Source: Bacteroidota bacterium
Lineage (GTDB): Bacteria > Bacteroidota > Bacteroidia > Palsa-948
Length of the DNA stretch: 64,000 bases
Direction of reading: 5' to 3'
Assembly (NCBI GenBank): GCA_016213405.1
Contig: JACRAM010000116.1
Location: 269-64,268, forward strand
Shown here: one piece after another, positions 31,710 through 41,319 of the stretch
Layout: every line of letters begins with the position of its first letter
Numbering within the stretch: position 1 is the stretch's first letter
Translations under genes and position numbers: made by a program
The notes under the pieces: generated by a model
The model's input: only the letters and a program-made list of their open reading frames with translations
The model's database searches: none
What the model was told of the DNA's origin: nothing

Positions 31710-31928
31710 TTAATCTTCGTTCTCGTCCTCACTTTCTTCAATAAGGTCGTCAAGGAGGTCTTCCAGTGCATCCACATCACCGCTTTCGTTTTTGTCGTAT
31801 TCGACCTCGATAATGACTTCTCCATCTTCGTTTGAGCCGATGATGGAATTGTTTAAGTTTCGGTTTACCAATTCTTCGGCAAACTCTACCATCACTTCGG
31901 ATGGCACATTGAATTCTACTTTTCGCAT
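31710..31928 (-). CDS. Small acidic hypothetical protein (72 aa)
   Basis: ORF in the operon between the excisionase and the DUF1376 gene, with a highly acidic C-terminus (DLLDDLIEESEDENED). Confidence 0.4.
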   Translation of the reverse strand: MRKVEFNVPSEVMVEFAEELVNRNLNNSIIGSNEDGEVIIEVEYDKNESGDVDALEDLLDDLIEESEDENED

Positions 31929-31967
31929 GTTGATTTGTTTTAGTTGATGTTTATATTATTGATTTAT

Positions 31968-32303
31968 TTATTTTTTTATTTGAGCTTCTTTCGCTTCCTC
32001 TTTAATTTGCTTACGAGTTTTTTGTTCGCCTTCGTTTAGCCAGGATAGCAGGGCAGCCCGACTGAAATAAATTTTTTTAACTCCTTTCCGCTTAATGTGA
32101 GGTATGGTCTTATCATGAATTTTGCCATATATGCCGTCTATACTAATGCCAAGCAAGTGGCTTGCACCTTTTATGTCGAGCAGGTCGGGGTCGTGGTGGT
32201 TGCTCGTTTCTTTTGGGGAATGCTTGAGGTCAAGAAGTAGATTCTCAATGCGGTTCAGCCGTCTATCTAAGACAGCGAAGGGATTGTCAATGATAGTATC
32301 CAT
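31968..32303 (-). CDS. xis: Excisionase / helix-turn-helix DNA-binding protein (AlpA/MerR-like HTH_17)
   Basis: LLDIKGASHLLGISIDGIYGKIHDKTIPHIKRKGVKKIYFSRAALLSWL is the typical HTH_17 excisionase pattern. Located in the integrative element. Confidence 0.6.
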   Translation of the reverse strand: MDTIIDNPFAVLDRRLNRIENLLLDLKHSPKETSNHHDPDLLDIKGASHLLGISIDGIYGKIHDKTIPHIKRKGVKKIYFSRAALLSWLNEGEQKTRKQIKEEAKEAQIKK

Positions 32304-32345
32304 AGTTTTGCTCTTTTATTTGAGCCAAAACTAAGGCAGGATGTT

Positions 32346-32395
32346 TTTGTTTTTTTTGCAAACCTTTTGCGTTTTTTGCAAACTTTTTGCTACAA
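32346..32395. promoter_or_regulatory. Direct repeats of TTTTGCAAAC upstream of the xis operon (candidate operator or promoter)
   Basis: ttttgcaaac occurs at 32356-32365 and 32376-32385, with ttttgc half-sites interleaved, 40-90 bp upstream of the xis start. Confidence 0.35.
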
Positions 32396-32497
32396 AAATT
32401 TTTAATCAGAAGAATTCCCCGACTCTTTGGGTCGTGGCAGAATGTGTAAATTTATATGGTAAGTAAGCATAGGGCAACTGTATTTGTATTTCTGATA

Positions 32498-32517
32498 CCT
32501 CGACCCTTGGGTCGAGG
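32498..32517 (-). terminator. Hairpin immediately downstream of the 331-aa gene
   Basis: Stem cctcgacc / ggtcgagg. There is no strong U-tract. Confidence 0.3.
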
Positions 32518-32521
32518 AGTT

Positions 32522-33517
32522 TCATTTGGAAGGGCTATTCAAAGGCAGAAGTAATGAAGTAATACGGAGTTTATCGGTTTTTATTTTTGCTTCATCTCCG
32601 CGCCTGTTTTTATTTTTTATAATATTTATTTGAGCATTTAATGATGCTCTTACTCCAATGTCGCCTAACTCATTTTTTAATGCTTCATATAATTCGGTTT
32701 GATTTATATTTTCAATTTTATCCGACAGTAAGGATTCACCATTAACACTCAATTCATTTAAAGCAAAAATTAAGTAAGCAAGGTTTTTGGGAGAGGCATT
32801 TGAATAATTTTTTATTATGAATGAAAATAAATTTCTATTTCTATTCAGAAAATCTAAAAGAGTTCTTTGTAATCCATCTCGCTTATTATCTATTCTTTCA
32901 GGTGATTCTTTTATTGCAGGTGCTTTTTTAAGTTTAGTTGACGAGGATTGTGTTTTATTTTTTACTTCAATCCATTCCATAACTGTTTCTGCTTTGTGAG
33001 AAGGAATTATTTTCCCCGCATGTTCTCGCACATTCACCCTAAGTGTATGCAGAAATTCTTTCTTGTTCGGATATGTGGAATATTGATGGGCAAGGATTTT
33101 TTTAACCGAATCATCACTGAAATTATTCAAGCAAATTGTTAGGAAAAGAAAATATGTTTGATGAGAATAGGGAATAATTTTTTTATTGTTATCGAAGAAG
33201 AAAATTCTATCTGTACGAGCATAACAAAAATCCATCTGGTTAATTAGTTGGTGCAGTTTTAAATTGCCAATTCCAGTTGAAAGGTCTATATTTTTTATCT
33301 CCTCGTCTGAAAGAATACGCCTTAAAGCATCTTTATCGTCTATACTTTTAAATATACCCTTTGCTTCCATTACATAAGTCAGAATATTGCGATAGTTTTG
33401 AAAAATACCTTCTCCAAATTTATCTTTTATTCTTAGTAAAGCGCAATAGCAGTGGTGGTAAGTAATATTTTCAATACTGTATGTTTTCTCCTTATGTGTT
33501 TTTTTGTCCTGCTTCAT
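32522..33517 (-). CDS. Hypothetical protein (331 aa), no recognisable domain
   Basis: Long ORF inside the island with no motif recognised. Confidence 0.5.
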   Translation of the reverse strand: MKQDKKTHKEKTYSIENITYHHCYCALLRIKDKFGEGIFQNYRNILTYVMEAKGIFKSIDDKDALRRILSDEEIKNIDLSTGIGNLKLHQLINQMDFCYARTDRIFFFDNNKKIIPYSHQTYFLFLTICLNNFSDDSVKKILAHQYSTYPNKKEFLHTLRVNVREHAGKIIPSHKAETVMEWIEVKNKTQSSSTKLKKAPAIKESPERIDNKRDGLQRTLLDFLNRNRNLFSFIIKNYSNASPKNLAYLIFALNELSVNGESLLSDKIENINQTELYEALKNELGDIGVRASLNAQINIIKNKNRRGDEAKIKTDKLRITSLLLPLNSPSK

Positions 33518-33584
33518 TTTGAAAATCGAAATTGCATAATATTTTTGTAAATTCTTTTTTATCTTAATTCCTAAACAAATGCTA

Positions 33585-33656
33585 TTATTTTTCTCCTCCT
33601 CGAGTTGCTTGTTCCACTATTTCCGCCCACTTGCGTTTTTCTTTAATCTCAGGTGA
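33585..33656 (-). pseudogene. Remnant of a tyrosine-integrase 3' end (last ~23 codons)
   Basis: Minus-strand translation SPEIKEKRKWAEIVEQATRGGEK* parallels the C-terminus of the integrase at 38351 (FEIKEKRKWAAVVEQAIRGDN*). A 26-nt stretch, cccacttgcgtttttctttaat(c/t)tc, is shared between the two sites. Confidence 0.6.
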
Positions 33657-33728
33657 ACGTACGGACTTCAAAAAATATTGTTCGCTGAAGGGTCACGAAA
33701 CTATAGTATAAAAAAATATTCAGAATCA

Positions 33729-36716
33729 TTAAGAATGTATGATGAGGTCGGAACTGCCGATTTGCTTGCTTTGTTCAAAAATTTTACTCATAAAGTTCCG
33801 TATCGGCTCTGCAAGTTGCTCCTTGCTTTGCATAAACTTAATCCCGTTTTGAATAAATATTTTTCTAAGCAATTTAGTTTCCGAAACCGATATGCCCCTC
33901 ATTGCAAAATGTCTTTCCGCGATGGCGATGGCTTGCTGTCCGACTGCTTTTTTGAATTCAGCACAATCGTTCTGGATTTCTTTATTGAATATCACGCCCA
34001 ACGCCCTTGACAAAAGCACGCCCGAATATCTGCCCGTCCTGCCGAGAAGAATCAAATCTTCCTGAGTGAACCGAAATTCGGTTGATAAACTAACATCCTC
34101 TGTTTCTCTTATTCTCTCGATAAAAAATAATAATTCTTTTTCGTCTTCTGGAATCGGCTTTCGGTTTTTTGGCGGAACGATGGACAGGTATATGTGTGAA
34201 ATTTTTTTAGGAAAGATAAACGAAAAGTCATTCAGAAAATTAGTTAGCCCTTCTTTGACTAAATCGCTGACCGTCCCCCAACTCAACTGCTCATTGCCAT
34301 TCACAAAAGTTATGCCCGTAGTTCTGCTTAAAGAATCAATAAAAATATTTCCACTTTGATTATAGAAATGCAGTTTGGTTTTTCTTTCAAATATTCCGTT
34401 CAGGATGAAGCGGAATCTCTCCCGTTGAATTCCCCCTACATCTTCCGCCAGTTGTATTGTCGAATCCAGTTTTTTCAAGGTGAATTTCTCGTACCTTTTT
34501 GTGGGAGGTAAGCCGATTAGTTCTCCGCGCTTTTTAACAATAATGATATTTTGGTGAAATAAAATATAATCTGCATCATTAAAAAAATCTTGAGCAACTT
34601 CTCCCTCGAACAAAAAATACAGAACATTCAGTACATTTATGCACCCGATATTTGATAAATTTCCCCCAGTCATTATCTCATACAAAGGGTGGCTGTTCTT
34701 CGATGTTAATATATCCTGTCTTTCGCAGAATTCACATAACTCCTTGTTGGTTCTCAATAAATCTTTCCATTCTTCAGAATATTTATCCAACGCTTTTGCT
34801 TCTTCATCTACTTCTTTATTCAATTCTCTGAGACGAGATAAAATCAAATCTAATTTTGTTACATCAAGTTCTTCATAACTGATTTCATATTTTTTCCCTT
34901 CAGGAAAATATTCCATAGTTAGAAACTTTTCTCCCTTTTTGACTTTTATCAAGTCCTCATAGCCAACTGGAACAACAGTAACATTATCAGAATTTAATTT
35001 TATGATGATGTGCCTGATGATTTCCTTTCTCTTGCCCTCTATGTAGACAGTCGTCATTTTACTGGGATAAAACTTCGGGCTATACTGCTCAAGGATGTAT
35101 TTAATTTCGGCAATCTTATTCTTCTTTTTTTCTTCTTTCCGACTTCCTGTAAACATTTGAACTTTGGGATAAAGAGATTTAAGCCACCTGTCAGATAATT
35201 GCTGATAAAATAATTTTTCATCGAAATCCTTTTCAATGATGTGCCAGTATTGGCTTTCTTTTAGGAATTTTACATATGAAGGGAGGATGTCGGCTAATCG
35301 TGGCTGTTCTATGTTTCGTGTCTTGAATTTTTCTAAATCTAAAATGCTAAGACATTCGCTGTATAGGAATGATGTCATATTTTTGAAAATCAGATTTCTC
35401 CTGATTCTATTTATGAGCAATACCAAATTGAAAAAACTATGTGTTTCTACACTTTTAATGCTAAAAGATTTATGTATTTCCAATTCATCATGAATTTTAT
35501 TGATATTCAAGAGCCCTCTTTTTTTCACCGCGATGTTTACTTCTGCTTCTACTTTTATGTTCCTAAGTTTGAATTCGCGTTCCAGAAAATCGCAAATCTT
35601 CTGTGATGGGATATGGGAATAATTTCGGATGGTATCACCGTTGATTTCTTTCCCTTCCTTTATTAGTTTCCAAATTACATCTACAATTTTTTCTTGGGAG
35701 ATTACTCCTTTTAACTGTCGCGTAAATGTTTGTCGGGTTTTTCTGACCGCATTCCTTATAGCACTTTTTTCCGCCTGTTCTTCCTGAAATTTTCTAAGTT
35801 CTTCAATTTCATATTTGCTTTGTATTTCGCATCCTCTCAGGAACTCGCAAACCTCCTCATGTATTTCATACGGAATAATTTTTCGGATGCTGTCATACTC
35901 AATTCCCTTTTCTTCTATCAATGCTATCGCAATTATTTCTTTGGTTTGTTCTTCCGAAAGCTTTGGGAAAATTGTATTCAGCACAATGGTTAATACCACC
36001 TCATTTTCATCCTTTTCGTTGCATTTTTTTTCTTCCCAATGCCTGACAAATTCTTTGCAAAATTCCGACTGAACTTCGTATGTTCTGAAGTTGGAAATTC
36101 TCTGATAATATTTTTTCTCTCTGTTGCAGAAGCAGGCGACCGCATCGTCTAAAATCAACTGGGGCTTCTTCGAGCTGATGAAATGTTTTATTCGTGTGTA
36201 AAAAGAATAATGAAAGGAGTGTATTTCTTTTCGGAAATCTTTTTCAAACTGTTTTATATTATTTACAATCCTTTTTGCGTAGATGGATGACTTTTCACTC
36301 TCTAATTTGATGTCTGGAAATAATTGTTGTTTTAGTAAATCGGTTATCTTCTCACGATATGCTATTTTTTTTACTCCTATTGCATTGTTAATCCGATTAG
36401 ATGTCCTGATTAAAATCCCATCCAGTTCAAATTCTGGAACGAACCTAAAATCTGCATTTGGCGGTATCTCGTCAATCAAACTGAATGCAAAAAAGAATTC
36501 AGGTGAAACGGGCAAGTCTGAATTTGTATGCTTCCCGATAATCGCTTTTGCTTTTTCAATATTTATTTCCTGCTCAAGATGTTTTTCAAGATTTTCCCTG
36601 TTGAGCCGAACCGCTTCTTCAACCCCAGAAGACAGGTAATCAAAAAATTCCTGTTTTACCGATGCCTGCAATGCCGTTGTTGATTTCATCTGCTTAATAT
36701 TTTTCGATAACGTCAA
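33729..36716 (-). CDS. Hypothetical large protein (995 aa), no recognisable domain
   Basis: Long ORF overlapping the upstream 421-aa gene by 23 nt. No P-loop, nuclease or polymerase motif found by eye. Confidence 0.6.
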   Translation of the reverse strand: MTLSKNIKQMKSTTALQASVKQEFFDYLSSGVEEAVRLNRENLEKHLEQEINIEKAKAIIGKHTNSDLPVSPEFFFAFSLIDEIPPNADFRFVPEFELDGILIRTSNRINNAIGVKKIAYREKITDLLKQQLFPDIKLESEKSSIYAKRIVNNIKQFEKDFRKEIHSFHYSFYTRIKHFISSKKPQLILDDAVACFCNREKKYYQRISNFRTYEVQSEFCKEFVRHWEEKKCNEKDENEVVLTIVLNTIFPKLSEEQTKEIIAIALIEEKGIEYDSIRKIIPYEIHEEVCEFLRGCEIQSKYEIEELRKFQEEQAEKSAIRNAVRKTRQTFTRQLKGVISQEKIVDVIWKLIKEGKEINGDTIRNYSHIPSQKICDFLEREFKLRNIKVEAEVNIAVKKRGLLNINKIHDELEIHKSFSIKSVETHSFFNLVLLINRIRRNLIFKNMTSFLYSECLSILDLEKFKTRNIEQPRLADILPSYVKFLKESQYWHIIEKDFDEKLFYQQLSDRWLKSLYPKVQMFTGSRKEEKKKNKIAEIKYILEQYSPKFYPSKMTTVYIEGKRKEIIRHIIIKLNSDNVTVVPVGYEDLIKVKKGEKFLTMEYFPEGKKYEISYEELDVTKLDLILSRLRELNKEVDEEAKALDKYSEEWKDLLRTNKELCEFCERQDILTSKNSHPLYEIMTGGNLSNIGCINVLNVLYFLFEGEVAQDFFNDADYILFHQNIIIVKKRGELIGLPPTKRYEKFTLKKLDSTIQLAEDVGGIQRERFRFILNGIFERKTKLHFYNQSGNIFIDSLSRTTGITFVNGNEQLSWGTVSDLVKEGLTNFLNDFSFIFPKKISHIYLSIVPPKNRKPIPEDEKELLFFIERIRETEDVSLSTEFRFTQEDLILLGRTGRYSGVLLSRALGVIFNKEIQNDCAEFKKAVGQQAIAIAERHFAMRGISVSETKLLRKIFIQNGIKFMQSKEQLAEPIRNFMSKIFEQSKQIGSSDLIIHS

Positions 36717-37959
36717 AAAAATTGCCGACTATATTTTTATGTCTGTCTAATCGCTTTAGTGTTTTTTGCCGTATGATAGGTCTGTCGGATTTTTCAAACG
36801 AAAAGTACTGGGTGAGATACTGTTTAAGGTTCGGCAGTGAAATGCCGTTTTTATATATGGGCATTATCGTTTTTTCCGATTCAAAATTAAAATAGATTGA
36901 GTTGATTATTTCGCAGGCGGTAACAACATAACTCTTGGATTGCAAATTATATCTTTTTGTAGTTATCGGAGAATCGTCAAAAGTGTGGTATATCTCCAGC
37001 ATAGCGAGTTCGGTATTTTTTTCTGGTCTGTTCAACTCTTTTTCAAAAAAATTTCTTTCATCTGGACTCACAGCAAAAATCATTTCCAGCGACTTTGTGT
37101 ATTCATCAATTATTCTTATCAGTAGCATCTGCTGTTTTATGCTTAACGGCTTGCCGCCTGAAATAAACTGATATAAAATGTTTTTTAATACCCTCAAATC
37201 ATCTTTTATTTTATTAAACGTAGAGCCGAAAAAATCTTCCGCTCTGCGGTTTTCCATTTTGAGTTTGACCATCAGTTCCGCATGGCTCTGGATAAGAGAT
37301 TCAAATTTTGCAGAAAAAGTGTCGGTTAATCTGCCTTTTCTTTTCGGATACATTTCTTTTTGCGCTTTCAACAGCATGAGCAGGAAATCTATCGGCTTGT
37401 CCTTGTAGTCGAACATCCTCGCCCTGAAATCAATGTTGAACCTGAACAGGTCTTTTTTTGCAAAAAGTATCTGCTGGCTTATATAACCGAGCCACTCCAT
37501 TGTGGGCGCATAATTTTCTCCCTTGACATCAGCGTTCTGCATCCTCTTTTCAATTTCTTTCATCTTAGGAAATTTGTCAAACAGCGGAACTCTGAACACA
37601 AGGGAGAAATATGGCTTTATTATTTTCCAAATCTCATCTCTTGTCATTTTTTGCGCGACATCGGAATATTTTTGAAGTTCCCGAAGTTCTTGCTGCGTTA
37701 TGTTTTCAAAATTTATTTTTGCTTTGTTTTCAGAGATATACCGCTCCGAAAGGTTTGAAATTATTTCTTCGTCTTCCTTTGTAAGCCCACCTTCAATCTT
37801 TATGTCGCTTATAGTCGGGAGTCGGGGCAGGTCAATCGGCTTGCGTATCGCCAAAAATTTTTCTTGTTGTTTAATAGCCAGAGTGAGTTCTTTGCCGTTT
37901 GTATCTGCGGAATATTGCACGCGATCTTCGGCTGTAATTATGAGGTCTATGTTTTCCAT
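36694..37959 (-). CDS. Hypothetical protein (421 aa), no recognisable domain
   Basis: Long ORF directly downstream of the integrase, co-oriented with and overlapping the 995-aa gene. Confidence 0.55.
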   Translation of the reverse strand: MENIDLIITAEDRVQYSADTNGKELTLAIKQQEKFLAIRKPIDLPRLPTISDIKIEGGLTKEDEEIISNLSERYISENKAKINFENITQQELRELQKYSDVAQKMTRDEIWKIIKPYFSLVFRVPLFDKFPKMKEIEKRMQNADVKGENYAPTMEWLGYISQQILFAKKDLFRFNIDFRARMFDYKDKPIDFLLMLLKAQKEMYPKRKGRLTDTFSAKFESLIQSHAELMVKLKMENRRAEDFFGSTFNKIKDDLRVLKNILYQFISGGKPLSIKQQMLLIRIIDEYTKSLEMIFAVSPDERNFFEKELNRPEKNTELAMLEIYHTFDDSPITTKRYNLQSKSYVVTACEIINSIYFNFESEKTIMPIYKNGISLPNLKQYLTQYFSFEKSDRPIIRQKTLKRLDRHKNIVGNFFDVIEKY

Positions 37960-38350
37960 TTTAACTTTATGTCCAGAAACACGCTTTCATATTTTTTTCA
38001 GATTTTTATTTTTAACTCAACTTTGCATCATTGTATTTGGAAAATAAAAACGTACTATTAAGGGTTAGTTGTGTTGAAAAACCCGTTTTCCGTGTCTGTA
38101 ATTTATTTACCTGCATATTTATTTTTTGATACTCGTTTTTGTAATTGAATGAGGTTTATTTTTATTTGACTTTGTAATTTCAAACTGCCAATAGAAGTTG
38201 AAGAAGTCATTGAAAGGAATAATATTAAAATCTGATTTAAATATTATTCCACATTCGCTTTACGAATAAATTTTGATTTTATTAATCCAACTGTCTTTGA
38301 TTTATTTTCTCTTTTTTCATTATAAAAAACTGCATTAATATCTAAGCAAT

Positions 38351-39625
38351 TTAGTTGTCGCCTCTTATCGCCTGTTCTACTACTGCTGCCCACTTGCGTT
38401 TTTCTTTAATTTCAAAATCGGCTAAATAACTTTCAGTGGTTTGTAAATTTGAATGTCCGAGCGATTCAGAAATAAACGCTGTACTTGCACCTCTGTATTT
38501 TAAGATAGTTGCAAACGAATGTCGCGCTGTGTAGGAAGTGATTCCGTTTTTTATTCCAACTGCTTTGCCGATTCTATCAGCGTATTTGTTTATCAGTTTT
38601 ATTGTTTGGTGTGTCTTTTCAAGTTCCTGCTCCGCAGTCATTCCGCTTTTCAGAATGGGGAAAATATATTCTTCGGGCAATGCCGGTTTATCTCCCCATC
38701 GGTCAATAATTCGTCCCAATGCCTGTGAAATGACAACTTTCACGGCTCGCGGTTTCTTTCTTAATTTTCTTTTTGTTTTCTGTCTGTGGAAAACGATAAC
38801 ATCATCCTGTATGTTTTCGTATTTCAGTTTTGCAAAATCAGTAACATTTATTCCATTGCAAAGGAATAGGAATAACCAATAATCGCGGTAACGCTGTTCA
38901 CTCGTTCCGTCTATGGTAGGATAAGAGGCAATTAAACCAATTTCATTTTCTGATATTGCTTTTTTAACATTGCTTCCGGCAGGTATTTCGTATTTATGGT
39001 CGTTCCTGTTTCGGCTGAAAGGGTACAATTCATTTTTTATCAGCCCCTCTCTTATTGCTTCATTAAAGCAGGTACGGATATTCCGCAAATAAACTCCGAT
39101 GGTAGAGAGAGTATTTTTATTTTCTAACATCCATTTTTCATACTTATTCAGAAGATCTAAATTCACTTTTTCAAAAAATAAAATATTTTTTCCTGTGAAT
39201 TTTTTAAATGAATTGAGGGAACACTCATATAGTTTTGCCGTTCCGATTCTGTTTTCACTTTTTAATCTGTCAGCAGAATTTTTCAGCGCGGTAAATAAAT
39301 CTTGGTCGTCTCCGTGTCCACCGAAAAATCTTTTCTCAAAACCTTCAAAGGAAAAAACAGACAGCTCTTTTATTGTATCAATGGCAGCCGATTCAAGTTC
39401 GTTCAGGTAAACTGCTATTTCCTTATTTTCCCCTCGCGGTTTTTTTCCAGTTACGGATTCAAACTCGTCCTCAAGCATAGTAATTTTTTTTCCATGCTTA
39501 TCGCGCAAAGAAAAATAACGCTGCACCCTACTATGAGTTACCCGGAGTTTCACTGGATACCTTCCGTCTTTTAACGGAAAGCGGGTTTCTAAAATTACTG
39601 CGGTGGTAGTGGTGGTGTTTTGCAT
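38351..39625 (-). CDS. int: Tyrosine site-specific integrase (Bacteroidota phage-integrase type with N-terminal arm-binding and SAM-like domains)
   Basis: Catalytic C-terminal domain with ARHSFATILKYRG (H-x-x-R) and the nucleophile region LGHSNLQTTESYLA. Adjacent to the attR repeat. Confidence 0.9.
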   Translation of the reverse strand: MQNTTTTTAVILETRFPLKDGRYPVKLRVTHSRVQRYFSLRDKHGKKITMLEDEFESVTGKKPRGENKEIAVYLNELESAAIDTIKELSVFSFEGFEKRFFGGHGDDQDLFTALKNSADRLKSENRIGTAKLYECSLNSFKKFTGKNILFFEKVNLDLLNKYEKWMLENKNTLSTIGVYLRNIRTCFNEAIREGLIKNELYPFSRNRNDHKYEIPAGSNVKKAISENEIGLIASYPTIDGTSEQRYRDYWLFLFLCNGINVTDFAKLKYENIQDDVIVFHRQKTKRKLRKKPRAVKVVISQALGRIIDRWGDKPALPEEYIFPILKSGMTAEQELEKTHQTIKLINKYADRIGKAVGIKNGITSYTARHSFATILKYRGASTAFISESLGHSNLQTTESYLADFEIKEKRKWAAVVEQAIRGDN

Positions 39626-39671
39626 AGTGATTTGTTTTGAGTAATGCTATCTGCCTAAAGTCAATTCCCAA

Positions 39672-39697
39672 ATTTGACATACAATTTAGCATACATT
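39672..39697. repeat. Arm-type repeat B near the integrase end of the island
   Basis: atttgacatacaatttagcatacatt matches repeat A at 13818-13843 at 24 of 26 positions. Confidence 0.6.
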
Positions 39698-39817
39698 AGA
39701 CCCCTAAATTAGCATAAAATGACAAAACATAACAAAAATCTTTTCAACAGATTTTAGTAGGTTTCTCCTATGAAAAAGATATTAAAAAGGTAGTAAAACA
39801 AAAATGGAGGGAATTTT

Positions 39818-39855
<38 letters not shown>

Positions 39856-40002
39856 CGCTAAAATTCAAAAATCAAAAAAACGATTGCCCGACCGACCGAA
39901 TAAACGGCCATTCGGGCGGGCAAAAGTAGAAAACATTTCTTACCTCAAGCAGGTTGAAAAAAATATTTAGAATAAAGTACTATGGTTTGTTTGCCAGATG
40001 AA

Positions 40003-40326
40003 CTATGCAGATTCTCTCCTTCGAGCTAAACTTCTGCGGGATTTCTCCTTGCGTTTTTTTAATTGCTGCTTTAATGCATCGGTGCATTCATCGGTAGCTT
40101 CTTCAAATGTTACACACTGGCGTTTTACAAATAGGTCATTGCCCGGAACATGTAGTTTTATTTCCACCACTTTGTTTTCAGCATTATCGGATTTGTCAAC
40201 TTTCAGGTACACCTCGCTTCCGATAATTGCATCGAAGAAGTGGCTGAGTTTTTCTACTTTTTTATTGATAAGAATAAGAAGTTTTGCGTCTGCATCAAAA
40301 TGGATGGAGTGGATTTGAATATTCAT
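40003..40326 (-). CDS. hpf: Ribosome hibernation promoting factor (HPF/RaiA family)
   Basis: 107 aa; MNIQIHSIHFDADAKLL...VEIKLHVPGNDLFVKRQCVTFEEA is typical of the YfiA/HPF fold. Confidence 0.85.
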   Translation of the reverse strand: MNIQIHSIHFDADAKLLILINKKVEKLSHFFDAIIGSEVYLKVDKSDNAENKVVEIKLHVPGNDLFVKRQCVTFEEATDECTDALKQQLKKRKEKSRRSLARRRESA

Positions 40327-40345
40327 AAGTATTAAGTTTAAATGA

Positions 40346-41248
40346 TTATGCTTTAGGATGTGCTTTCGAATATACAGATTTTAGTTTCTCAATGGTGTTA
40401 TGCGTGTAAATTTGTGTAGCGGCAAGGTTTGCATGACCAAGTAGTTCTTTGATTGCGTTCAGGTTTGCTCCGTTGTTTAACAGATGTGTTGCAAAGGTAT
40501 GCCTTAGAACATGCGGACTTTTTTTTGATAGTGTTGTTACTTTGGTTAATGAATCCTTTACGGTTTTATATACGCACGAAGGGTTGATTTGGTTTCCTTT
40601 TTTTGTTACAAAAAGGAAATTATTTTTTGTCACAACGGTTTTATTCTTTTCAAGAAGATATTCTTTGATTAGTGCTTTTAATCCTGAAGTAACAGGAATC
40701 ATACGCTCCTTATTTCTTTTTCCAAGCACCTTTAATGTACTATTATTGAAGTTGATGTCAATTTCTTTCAGGTTTATCAGTTCAGCGCGTCTCATGCCGG
40801 TGGAGTAGAGCATTTCTATTATTAAAAAGTTGCGTTTTCCTTCAAAGTTGTTTTTAAACATTATATCTTCAATAAAATTATTCATTTTGCTTTCTTCCAC
40901 AAAAACGGGTAATCGTTTTGGGATTTTTGGCGACTGTATTTTATGCATCGGGTTTGTGTCCAAAATTTTTTCACGAAGAAGGAACCTGTAATACGATTTC
41001 AGTGTGCTTATCTTTCGATTGACCGAGCGGGCGGATATTTTATTTTCCATCAGCGATACCACCCATGAGCGGATGACGGAATGATTCACTTCCTTTATAT
41101 CATCCAGTTGGTAAACATTTTTCAGATAGAGGTAAAACTGATCAAGGTCGGTGGAGTAGGAGAGAGCGGTGTGTGGAGACATCCGCTTTTCAAACTTCAG
41201 AAAATTGATGAACGATTTTTTATTCACTGGCTGATAATTATATGACAA
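40346..41248 (-). CDS. XerC/XerD-like tyrosine recombinase (core genome, between rpsU and hpf)
   Basis: 300 aa; RHTFATHLLNNGANL and LGHANLAATQIYTH catalytic motifs. Confidence 0.85.
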   Translation of the reverse strand: MSYNYQPVNKKSFINFLKFEKRMSPHTALSYSTDLDQFYLYLKNVYQLDDIKEVNHSVIRSWVVSLMENKISARSVNRKISTLKSYYRFLLREKILDTNPMHKIQSPKIPKRLPVFVEESKMNNFIEDIMFKNNFEGKRNFLIIEMLYSTGMRRAELINLKEIDINFNNSTLKVLGKRNKERMIPVTSGLKALIKEYLLEKNKTVVTKNNFLFVTKKGNQINPSCVYKTVKDSLTKVTTLSKKSPHVLRHTFATHLLNNGANLNAIKELLGHANLAATQIYTHNTIEKLKSVYSKAHPKA

Positions 41249-41319
41249 ACGTAGTCATAAAAAAAATATTGCGGACTGAACCTGAATTCAATCCGCAATC
41301 AATATAGGTAACGACAAGA

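Larger units (their letters stand above)
13759..39817. mobile_element. About 26-kb integrative genomic island (defence/cargo island) inserted in tRNA-Thr(TGT). It encodes an integrase, an excisionase, a replication module, a Type I R-M system and many unknown proteins
   Basis: Bounded by the 38-bp tRNA-derived direct repeats. A tyrosine integrase sits adjacent to one end. Arm-like 26-bp repeats lie just inside both ends. It interrupts the tRNA-hpf-xerC-rpsU core arrangement. All island genes but one are on the minus strand. Confidence 0.8.

Noticed and set aside
33865-33885. 16-bp exact match tctaagcaatttagtt between 33870-33885 and 38341-38356, next to the integrase stop
   Set aside because: For a 64-kb AT-rich window, roughly one chance 16-mer match is expected. 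Unlike the 26-nt integrase-end match, it is not supported by translated similarity.
40346-41248. Whether the XerC-like recombinase next to the island's right end is the island's own integrase
   Set aside because: It lies outside the 38-bp att repeat. The rpsU-recombinase-hpf-tRNA arrangement looks like conserved core context, and the island carries its own integrase at 38351-39625.
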